A stretch of DNA of 32,547 nt from Jimgerdemannia flammicorona. Lineage: Eukaryota. A program made the translations under genes and the position numbers. The notes under the pieces are model-generated. The model ran no database searches, was not told the origin of the DNA, and was given only the letters and a program-made list of their open reading frames with translations. The stretch covers positions 1 to 32,547 of the forward strand of contig RBNJ01000341.1 in the NCBI GenBank assembly GCA_003990765.1, given 5' to 3'. Position 1 is the first letter of the stretch. Each line of letters opens with the position of its first letter. Positions 1 to 11,003 of this stretch are shown here, piece by piece.

Positions 1-64
1 TTTTGGGAGAGGGGGGCGGGGGTTGCTAATAGTGACATCCCGACCATCGAATTGATGCATGCAG

Positions 65-1365
65 GATTATCCCCGAGACCGCCCACGCCGCGTTCCACAA
101 GGCCGCTGAGTATTTCAAGATCAGGCTCATCATCATTGCCGTTGACCCTGTTACCATGAAGGTGGACGTCAAGTCCGTCGCGCGCGCGATCAACCGTAAC
201 ACGATCATGGTAGGCCATTGACTCCCTTCAAACCTCACCATTGTCCCACTTCTATGCCCTTCGTGATAATACACTAGACGACCAACCGCTCGTGCACCTC
301 CTTTTTCCCTTCTTCCCAAACTCCAGCTCGTCGGTTCGGCCATCAATTTCCCGCACGGTGTCGCCGACGACATCACGCCCCTCGCCACCCTGGCCAAGCG
401 CCATGATATCGGCATGCACGTGGACTGCTGCCTGGGTTCCTTCGTCGTGCCCTTCCTCGAGCGCGCCGGCTTCCGCACCGTGCCCTTCGACTTCCGCATC
501 GATGGCGTCACCTCCATCTCGTGCGACACCCACAAGTACGGTTTCGCTCCCAAGGGATCCTCCGTCATCATGTACGAACACAAGGATATTCGCAAGTACC
601 AGTACTTTGTGAGGGCGGACTGGCCAGGCGGTATTTACGCGTCGCCGGGCATCGCGGGATCACGGTAAGTGAAGGAGGGAAAGAGGGAGGGTTTCAGAGG
701 CGGGAGTCACCGAGTAGATAAAAGATCAGATGTTTACAGTAGGCTGACGTGCCGCTCATTCTATTGTCGGTGATTTGGTTTCTGTAGTCCTGGCGCACTG
801 ATCGCTGGGTGCTGGGCAGCGATGATCAATATGGGAGAGAATGGGTACCTCGATACCACAAAGCAGATTGTTGGCGCCAGGCAAAAGATCCAGGCTGGGT
901 AAGTTGATTTTGGGTTGGATGGAAAGGGGAATGAAGATCTGCTTTGCTTTGTGTCGATTTTTTTCACTTACATGCCAATCCACATATGCACATGTGAATA
1001 CACCCAGTGTCGAATCCATCCCCGACCTCTACGTGAACGGCGACCCCATCTCGACGGTGATCTCCTTCAGCTCGCGCGACCCGCTCAACATCTACGACGT
1101 GGGCGACCATCTTAACAAGCGCGGCTGGAACATCAGCCCGCTGCAGAACCCGCCCGCCCTCCACATCTCCGTCACCCTCCTCTGGGTACCCAGCGCAGAT
1201 GAGTTTGTTAGCGATCTCCGTGAAGTCGTCGCCGCTCTCAACGCCGACCCCTCACTCAGACAGGGCAAGTCCGCCGCCATTTACGGAACCGCCGCGAGCT
1301 TGCCAGATAAGAGCCTAATTGCAGAGATCGCGACGGGATATATTGACCTGCTGTATAAGGCGTGA
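65..1365 (+). CDS. DPL1: Sphingosine-1-phosphate lyase (PLP-dependent), 5'-partial; exons 65-209, 327-664, 788-898, 1008-1365
   Basis: Spliced translation gives [17 protein letters not shown]...[11 protein letters not shown]...HVDCCLGSF...[18 protein letters not shown]...[27 protein letters not shown]...[12 protein letters not shown]...AAIYGTA. GT-AG introns (210-326, 665-787, 899-1007) keep phase. DTHK holds the PLP lysine. Confidence 0.96.
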
Positions 1366-2559
1366 GGGGTGATAGGCAAAAGGTGGGAAGGGAGGTGCAG
1401 TAACATTGCGGTGGTGAGGGCGCGCTGGTGCGTGGCCATGTTGGCTCGGAACGATCCGGTTGGGCGTACGAGCTTTGTTGTGCACGCCGAGCTGGCCTGT
1501 TTGGCTCGGGACATCCCATCTTTATACAGTATTCGACATTTAACCTTTGTAACAAAACCTATAGTTGATAATATATGTACGCATATCTGCAATGATATCA
1601 TCCGTTTCTTCGATTCTGGAAATTGATCCATTTCGCGTAATAGAGACTCATACATAAAATTCTGCAGTATTTTGTTAAGAGGTTGGATCTCCCAACGAAT
1701 AAAGCGAGACCATGCCTGCGTAATCATGTTCATTCAGGTCAGTCATGTAATGTGATTATGACGTCACCCTTCCCGCGTAAGTTTTTGCTTCTGCATATAG
1801 TTGGCATAGTCTTAAATGAGCGTGGATATATTTCTTGCCCACTGGGTATATTCAATAACTTGTCGTCGCCATACAGGTGCGCTCGATAAAAGCAACCGTT
1901 TAAGAATGCACCTGACACCAGGTGTGGTGTCGGGAACGTATCGGTGTGTGTACTTCCCCAGATCTCCAGCTTCTCAACCACCAGCTTGCTGCCAGTCTGC
2001 AAGCACAAGGTCTCCCACCAGATCTTAATAATATAGCTCAAAAAAGTTAGTTTTTTTTTTTTAATTAATATCCAAATTTTTTTCCTAATAACATTCGAAA
2101 TATATATATTCTTCAGCTTCTAAGCCTGGGCTGGAGTGTAAATCTTGCTATAATTGTCATTTTTGTCATCAAGTTTGTTCAAGGACTATCTGAGAGTATT
2201 GTTAAACTAATTTTCTAGATACCCTAAACTTTATAGAGAAAAGGTCTTACAAATCAGATATTAGACATACTTTTGCTGTAGTTAATAAATATATTAAGAA
2301 AGTATATAATGACCAACTAAGATAAGAAGTTATAAGAGTAATAGAAAACTATATAAAAATTATTGAATATTTATCATACTACACTAGCTTCAAGGTAAAT
2401 GCCAAAACATAGAATAAGTGAGATTGTCCAGATAGAATTGTTGTTATAAATAAATATGAAAAACTACTAGTTATATTTAAATGAGTACTGGTGAAGAACA
2501 ACAAAATACTTTATACATAACTAATAGATAGTAAGCTTATATATTTGGTTGATATTGAG

Positions 2560-2900
2560 AAAGAGAAGGATAGTAGTAGAGAAGATAGAGAGGTGAGAAA
2601 GATTAATGCCAGTGAAGAAGTCAGTATTAATAGAGAGGTTAGTAGAGAGATTAGTATAGAAGAGATCAGTATAGAGAATATTAGTATAGGAGAGGTCAGT
2701 ATAAGAGAGATTGATATAGAAGAGGTTGGCATAAAGAAGGTCAGTTTAGAGAAGATCAGTATAAGAGAGATTGGTATAGAGGAGGTTAACATAGAGAAGA
2801 TTAGTATAGAGAAATATAGAAATATCAGTGTAAAGGATAAAATAGAGATTAATACAGAGGAGGTTAGTATAGAGGAGGATATAGAGGAAGAAAATATAGA
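2560..2900. repeat. Decayed ~15-bp purine-rich tandem repeat
   Basis: Units like AGAGAAGATCAGTAT / AGAGGAGGTTAGTAT repeat many times; the repeat is duplicated at 6174-6400. Confidence 0.75.
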
Positions 2901-3040
2901 GAAAAGCAGTTTAAAATATATAAACAAAGATAGTTTAGAATATGAGGAGAAGAAGAATTAGTTAATTTATAGTAATAAAGAGTAAGATCTATTTATAAAG
3001 TTAAGATCAATTTTATATAGAGTATATTCTCTATACTTAT

Positions 3041-4111
3041 TGTAAGTGCACAATCCCCAAGCCACTGAAATCACACATCACCCTCTGAACAAGCCACTGA
3101 AATCACATGCGACCTCTGAACAAATCTGAAAATTACCTGCAAGATCATAAAGCTGAGTCAAACTGAAGTCACAGTACACAAAGCTGAGTTAATATGAAGT
3201 CACAGAACACAAACAGAATCTTACCAATCAAGACCAAATATATATATACCAAGCACCAAGACATATTGAAACAGAGAATCAAAATAAACAATAACCACAA
3301 CTTCTGAATATATACAAATATGACCACTGAGATCTATAACTGCATCCATGCTAACATTTGGAATGCTATTATCAACCAAGCCACACTCCCTCTACCCCTC
3401 ATGAATATCTATAGTCTAGCACCCCTCTACTTCATGGAAGCCTGATAGAATGTTCTGAACATACTTAGCGAAGTCTACCAAATTGGACAAATCTCAAACT
3501 ACTACCAAATCAGCCACCTCCTAGAAGACATAGTTGAACACTACCATGATACAGACATCACTCAGATATCTCAACATCAGAAACTTATTACCTGCAAATA
3601 TTGAGAACTCTTCTATGAGTATAGTATCTTAATCTCCTGCCTCTAAGTTACTACTATCAAAATAGTTGCTACCCTATTCTATGGTCAAATCGATGACATG
3701 ATATAAGAACTCAACCACAAGTACCTTGAGTATGTTCAGACCACAGACAGAACCTTCCTGTACCCTGATGACCATATTCTACAAATGTCTCAAGTTGGAT
3801 ATGCTATGAAGGATGTCTATGATATAATCCAGTTCGATGAAGATGAAGCAGAAGATAATGATTCCTCTGATACCGACATGATCTCCAGCCAAGGATCTCT
3901 GTCAACTCTGATCACACTACCAACCTTATTGATGAACTTGCAACAGTTTATAACCATCTATGAGACCTACTGAGATAATGACCACTGGCATAAATATCAA
4001 TCTGTATTTACCCCCAATTACTTCAACTATAATGAAGAGACTGGAGAACACAATCTGTACCTCCAGACAACTCTCAAGATTGAACCAACCACTTCACTAT
4101 CTGAGTATGAG
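3041..4111 (+). mobile_element. 5' half of a family-1 LTR (duplicate of the 5' LTR at 6537)
   Basis: Starts TGTAAGTGCA after the same ...CTATACTTAT flank as 6537. Colinear with 6537-7577 and cut at 4111 by the antisense solo LTR. Confidence 0.9.
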
Positions 4112-6173
4112 TGTAAGAGGGTTGCTTTTTAGAGTAACCATTACATAGTTCTGGAAAGGTTTTCTGGATATTCTGGATGTTCTGGAAGACCGTTTTCTTA
4201 TGGTCAAGATCAATTTCATATGGAGTATGTCCTCTACACTTATTGATTTCAAGATTGGGTTGACGTCTCAACCAAAGTCCTTTTTCGGACTAGTTCTGGA
4301 TGTTTAGAATTTTCCGTATTTCAGGAAGTTTAAGAAACTAAGACCAGTTTAGTTGAATTGGCATATTGCTGCAGACAATACCCAATTAGGAAATTTTGTG
4401 ATGGGGTTAGGAGTGGGGTCTAATGGGGAGCAGATTTACTTAAGAGTGGTTTGTGGGTTATTGAATAGGTTTATTTGCTATTCATGATATTGCTATACTA
4501 GGAGTAGTTGTGTGAAGGAATATTGTGGAGAAGTATTCAGAAATGTTCTTGTGTGTTCGAGTCTGAGATTCTGAGGTCTGGGGGAGGGGGTATTTATACT
4601 AGTAAGGGGCTATCTGTACTATGCTAGATATGGATATAGTACTAAGTACTTTGCTGAGTTGGAATGCAGTCACATAGTACAAGTGTGATCTGACATATCA
4701 AGAGATCGTCTGACTGCTGAGTCAGTTCACAGTCACATCATACAAGGCTAATCTAACTATACTATGACTGCTAGGCTATTTATGGGTTTAGGCACTATCT
4801 GGGTAGTCCTTGATGACATCACCATCGATGACATCATCTCTGATAAAGTAGTTGTCTAGGAAGAGTGATTCGTGGATTACTTCTCCTTGTTTGCTGAGGT
4901 AGTAATATATTGGAACTTCATCTCTATCCTACAGGATAGCATCGTCTGTCTCATAGGCTAGATAAGGTGTTGGTAGATAAAGGATGGGTGTATTGTCTTC
5001 ACTTTCATTGGATTCACTGTCTGCATATCTTCTATAGATTACAGCACTATGAGTTGCAGAATTGTAGTAAGCTGGTGGCTGTGGTTCATATTGCTCATAC
5101 TCAGGTGGTGGAGTGGTTGATTCGATCTCGAGAGTTGTCTGGAGGTACAGGTTGTGTTCTCTGGTCTCTTCATTATAGTTGAAATAATCAGAGGTAAATG
5201 CAGGTTGGTATTCATACCAGTGGTCATTGTCCCAATAAGTCTCATATGCAGTTATGAACTGTTGTAAGTTCATCGGCAAGGTTGGCGGAGTGATCAGGGT
5301 TGGCAGAGATCCTTGGCTAGAGGTCATGTTGGCATCAGAGAGATCATTGTCTTCTGCTTCATCTTCATCGAAGTGGATTATATCATAGATGTCCTTCATG
5401 GTGTATCCAACTTGGGGCATTTGCAGGATATGATCATTGGGGTGTGGGAAGGTTCTGTCTGTGGTTTCGATATACTTGAGGTACTTCTGGTTGAGTTCTT
5501 ATATCATGTCATCGATTTGGCCATAGGACAGAGTAGTAACCATTTCACTGGTAGTAACTCAGAGGTGGGGAATAATGGTACTATACTCATAGAAGAGTTC
5601 TCAATATTTATGGGCAATGAGCTTCTGGTGTTGAGACATCTGGATAATGTCTGTATCATAGTGGTGTTCAACCATATCTTCCAGGAGGTGGCCAATCTGG
5701 TAGTAGCTTGAGATTTGTCTGATTCAGTGGGCCTTGCTAAGCATGTTCAGAGCATTCCATCAGGCTTCCACAAAGTAGAGGGGTACTAGGCTATGGATAT
5801 TCATGAGGGGCAGAGGGAGTGTGGCTCAGTTGACAATGGCATTCCAAATGTCAGTGCAGATACAGGTATAGATCTCAGTGGTCATGTTTGTGTATTTGGA
5901 AGTTGTAGTTGTTATTTGTTTTGGTTCTCTGATCCAACACATCTCAGTGCTTGGTATATATGCATTTGATCCTGATTGGTAAGATTCTGTTTATGTAAAT
6001 CTTATATTCTGTAACTTCATATTGACTCAGCTTCATGCACTGTGACTTTGGTTTAACTTAGCTTCATGATCAAGCAGGTGATTTCCAGATTTGTTTGGAG
6101 GTCATGTATGATTTCAGTGGCTTGTTTGGAGGGTGATGTGTAATTTCAGTGGCTTGGAGGTTGTGCACCTACA
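4112..6173 (-). mobile_element. Complete antisense solo LTR, family 1 (~2.06 kb)
   Basis: TGTAAG...CCTACA termini; reverse complement of 6537-8570 and 15024-17102. Flanks ATGAG / AGATT do not match, so there is no TSD. Confidence 0.92.
4788..5885 (-). pseudogene. LTR-encoded ~365-aa accessory ORF (best-preserved copy); other copies at 6786-7883 (+) and 15314-16415 (+)
   Basis: One frame from MTTEIY to DYPDSA*, 1098 nt in two copies. Internal stops are TGA/TAA/TAG, consistent with C>T/G>A decay. Confidence 0.75.
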
Positions 6174-6536
6174 AGATTAGTATAGGAGAGGTCAGTATGA
6201 GAGAGATTGGTATAGAAGAGGTTGGCATAAAGAAGGTCAGTTTAGAGAAGATCAGTATAAGAAAGATTGGTATAGAGGATGTTAACATAGAGAAGATTAG
6301 TATAGAGAAATATAAAAAGATCAGTGTAAAGGATAAAATAGAGATTAATGCAGAGGAGGTTAGTATAGAGGAGGATATAGAGGAAGAAAATATAGAGAAA
6401 AGCAGTTTAAAATATATAAACAAAGATAGTTTAGAATATGAGGAGAAAAAGAATTAGTTGATTTATAGTCATAAAAAGTAAGATCTATTTATAAAGTTAA
6501 GATCAATTTTATATAGAGTATATTCTCTATACTTAT

Positions 6537-8570
6537 TGTAAGTGCTCACCCTCTGAACAAGCCACTGAAATCACATGCAATCTCTGAATAAATCTGGAAA
6601 TTACCTGCAAGATCATGAAGCTAAGTCAAACTGAAGTCATAGTGTACAAAGCTGAGTTAATATAAAGTCACAGAACACAAACAGAATCTTACCAATCAAG
6701 ACCAAATATATATACCAAGCACCAAGACACATTGAAACAAAGAACCAAAATAAACAATAACTACAACTTCTGAATATATACAAACATGACTACTGAGATC
6801 TATAACTATATCTATGCTGACATTTGGAATGCTATTATCAACCAAGCCATACCCCCTCTGCCCCTCATGAATATCCATAGTCTAGCACCTCTCTACTTTG
6901 TGGAAGCCTGATGGAATGTCCTGAACATACTTAGCGAAGTCTACCAAATCGGAGAAATCTCAAGCTACTATCAAATCAGCTGCCTCCTAGAAGATATAGT
7001 CAAACACTATTATGATACAGACATCACTCAGATGTCTCAACATCAGAAACTTATTACCTGCAAACATTGAGAACTCTTCTATGAGTACAGCATCTTAATC
7101 TCCTGCCTCTAAGTTACTACTGCCAAAATGGTTGCTACCCTATTCTATGGTCAAATTGATGACATGATATAAGAACTCAACCACAAGTACCTTGAGTATG
7201 TTCAGACTACAGACAGAACCTTCCTGCACCCCAATGACCATATCCTACAAATGCCTTAAGTTGGATATACTATGAAGGATGTCTATAATATAATCCAGTT
7301 CGATAAAGATGAAGCAGAAGATAATGATCCCTCTGATGCCAACATGATCTCCAGCTAAGGATCTCTGTCAACCCTGATCACACCACCAACCTTGCTGATG
7401 AACTTGTAACAGTTTATAACCATCTATGAGACCTACTGAGACAATGACCACTGGCATGAATATCAATCTGCATTTATCCTTGATTACTTCAACTATAATG
7501 AAGAGACTGGAGAACACAACCTGTATCTCCAGACAACCCTCAAGATTGAACCAACCACTTCACTACCTGAGTATGAGCAATATGAGCTACAGCTACCAGC
7601 TTACTATAGCTCTGCAACTCATAGTGCTGTAACCTATAGAAGATATACAGACAGTAAATTTGATGAAAGTAAAGATGATACACCCCTCCTTCACCCACCA
7701 ACACCTTATCCAGTATATGAGACAGATGATGCTATTCTGTGGGATAGTGATAAAGTTCCAAAATATTATTATCTCAGTGAACAAGAAGAAGTAATCTGTG
7801 AGCCACTCTTCCTAGATGACTACTTTATCAGAGATAATGTCATTGATGGTGATGTTATTGAAGACTACCCAGACAGTATCTAAATCTATAAATAGCTTAG
7901 TAGTTATAGTATAGTTAGATTAGCCTTGTACAATATGACTGTAAACTAACTTAGCAGTCAGACAATCTCTTAATATGTCAGATCACACTTGTACTATGTG
8001 ACTGTATTCTGACTCAGTAAGATACTAAGTACTACATCCATATCTAGTATAGTTCAGATAACCCCTCACTAGTATAAATACCCCCTCCCCCAGACCTCAG
8101 AATCTTAGACTCAAATAGACTTGAATACATAAGAATAATCCTGAATACTTCCCTACAATATCTCTTTATATAACTATTCTTAGTATAGTAATATCATGAA
8201 TAGCAAATAAATCTATTTAATAACCTACAAACCACTCTTAAGTAAATCTGCTCCCTATTAGATCTCACTTCTAACCCCATTATGAAATTTCCTAATTGGG
8301 TATTGTCTGCAGCAATATGCCAATTCAACTAAGCTAGTCTTAGTTTCTTGAACTTTCTGAAATACAGAAAATCCTGAACATCCAGAACTAGTCCAAAAAA
8401 GGACTTTGGTTGAGACATCAACCTGATCTTGAAATCAATAAGCATAGAGGACATACTCTATATAAAATTGATCTTGACCTTAAGAAAACAGTCTTCCAAA
8501 ATATCCAGAACTTCCAGAAAACCCTTCCAGAACTATGTAATAATTACCCTAAAAAGTAAACCCTCTTACA
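6537..8570 (+). repeat. 5' LTR of family-1 element
   Basis: TGTAAG...CTTACA inverted termini; TATAAATA at 8073-8080; followed by the PBS. Confidence 0.92.
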
Positions 8571-8573
8571 ACT

Positions 8574-8586
8574 TGGTAGCAGCAGT
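8574..8586 (+). other. Primer-binding site, probably initiator tRNA-Met
   Basis: TGGTAGCAGCAG starts 3 nt after the LTR end; TGGTAGC is complementary to the 3' end of eukaryotic tRNA-iMet. Confidence 0.65.
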
Positions 8587-10599
8587 TTACAATCCAATTC
8601 TACTTCAAGATACTTTCTCACTCCACTACAAACTCTTCTGAGAATTTCTACAAGTTAGTATTAAGCCCAATCTCTGAACTGGAATTTATTCTGAACTATC
8701 TGATAATCTGGAGAGAATTGAACCTGATATACAAGGACAATTTGATCTCCACATCTACAACAAGTGGAACAAACTTCACTCAAAGAAAGAAGTACTCTGA
8801 TTAAATTAGCAAATAGGCAAAATCCTATTCACCGAACTCCTTGCTCTACACCCAGCAAGTCAGGATGAAGAAGGTCTTATAGAAGCCTTCTTTACTCTTC
8901 TCAATAAGAGTTTTGTTAGCTCTACAAATCCAAGCAACCTAGGACAACCAGTAGCAGTCTTTCTAGCCTTAGTTCCTCATGAAGCCCAAGCCTCTGTAGC
9001 CAAGTAGCTCAACTTTACTGACTTTCACTATACTAAGACCAAGACTGTATTATACTATCAATTCCAGAACAATAAGGCCTGCCATATTCTTAAAGAAAAA
9101 GCAAGGAAAACCCTTCATCAATAATCTGATCCTGAACTAGGAGCAGGCTCAGCTACAGCCCTACCTGAACCAGAAACTAATACTGAACCAGAACTTAACT
9201 TTGAATTAAGTCCATCCAAAATCAGATATACAACTGATTCTGTCTACTTTGATGCCAAGCAAACCCAATTACACAAGGACCAAACTGAAGAGGAGGAGGA
9301 GTATTTCAGTGAATTTGATCCTGGATACACCACTGAAGGAGATATACCTCCATTAGGACAGAATATACTGATACAGCAACAAACAGCTATCTATCGAGCC
9401 CTTACTCCAGACCCACAACTATTACTCCAGCAACTTACACAGACTCAAAAAACACTCTCACACTCTGCATCAGTACCTCAAGTAGTACCAGCAACACCAC
9501 TACCAGCAGTCCAACCACCTCCAGTAAACAATATAGCAAACTAATAGATTCTAGACCTCACAGTCCAGGTAGCCATAATGGCAGCAACTATTACCACCTT
9601 AGCTGAACAGACCTAATCTACCAAAAATCTGAGCCTATCTACCTTCAATAGTACTGCACAAGAAGTCCAAAGCTTTATTAGTATAGTTGATACAAACTTT
9701 GAGACCAATCAATGGACCAATGAGCAAGTTGCTGACTGCCTTCTGACAAACAATCAAGACTACACTCTGGAACAACTCTTTGCTACCACTACAGCCTATA
9801 TCTGCTGAGTTGTTATATTCTTCTGAGGACCTGCCAAAGAATGGTGGCAAACTCTTCCTAAAAAATCCCTCACATGGGATACCTGACCTGCAGTAGTTGC
9901 TCAAAATGCAGCAAACAATGTCCCAGGATATGGAGCCCATCCTGCAGTCCCTGGACTGAAACAACTCATAATTGCCCAATATTGCAGTAAAACCATGATG
10001 CTGAATCTCAAGTAAAACTCTGCAACCTCAAATTTGATATATATGGCAAGGAGGAATTTGAAACCTTCTATACAAAACTTGAATCACTTCTGAATACTGT
10101 TGGCCTAGGATACATTGCTAATGATGAAGTGTGAAATAGTACAAGAGCAGACCATCTATTTGATGCACTGCCTGAATGGCTTACTAGAAAAATCCGAGAA
10201 CAAGACTGCCTAGTTGGTTGCAATCACCAATAATGGTATCTAGTAAGAATCAAGACCATGGTCAAGCAAATTCTAATAGCTGGACCAATTCTGCTCTAAA
10301 GACAATTCAATAACAAAGAAAAGACTTTGACTAAGAAAGAAGAACCCAAGCATGAAGCATCCTGAGCTCCCTCAATATCTACCTCATGGATACTCAGAAA
10401 TCATAAACCTACCCAGCTGAGTATCTTCAAGAAACTCACTGAAGGAGAAAGGAATGAACTTTGAAGAAGTGGAGCATGCTTCTATTGCTGAAAGACAGGA
10501 TACATGGCCAGTACCTGCCCTAACCAAAAATCCCAAACAGCAACATGAGCAACTGTTACTACTCTGCACCACTTCAATAACCTGACTACCAGAACACTG

Positions 10600-11003
10600 G
10601 ACTTTATTAAGTTAAGGCAAACCACTAAGACTCCAACCAAAGGAAGTCAAAAGGCAGTCAGATATAACCTGTATGTAGCTGAAGAAGTTACAGTTTCCAA
10701 CTGAGAAGTTAAGCAAGTCTATACAGAAATCAGCATCCAAATCCCTGAAGGACATGTTGGAAGAATATACTGTCACAGTAGCCTAGCATTGAAAGGACTC
10801 TCAGTAGAAGGAGGAGTCATTGATGAAGATTACATAAGTGAAATTATTGTCCTCATCCAAAACCATAGTTGGATACTCTTCAAGATCCCTATTGGTTTCT
10901 GCATCATTCAGATCCTATTTGAGAAAATTGAGTCAACTCTGATAGTCAAGGAAGTCTCTGAACTACTATCTACTATCTGAGGATCTAAAGGATTTGGCTC
11001 ATC
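10600..11003 (+). pseudogene. dUTPase domain between Gag Zn knuckle and protease
   Basis: IPEGHVGRI..HSSLALKGLSVEGGVIDEDY.SEI...*GSKGFGSS matches trimeric dUTPase motifs II, III and V. Confidence 0.9.

Noticed and set aside
26..595. Minus-strand and alternative-frame ORFs over the first gene
   Set aside because: Shadow ORFs of GC-rich DPL1 exons; the spliced plus-strand model explains the region.
2511..2961. Glu/Ile-rich and Ser/Ile/Leu-rich ORFs (also 6149-6457)
   Set aside because: Translations of a decayed 15-bp tandem repeat. An upstream coding-like stretch (2174-2540) is too degraded and frameshifted to call.
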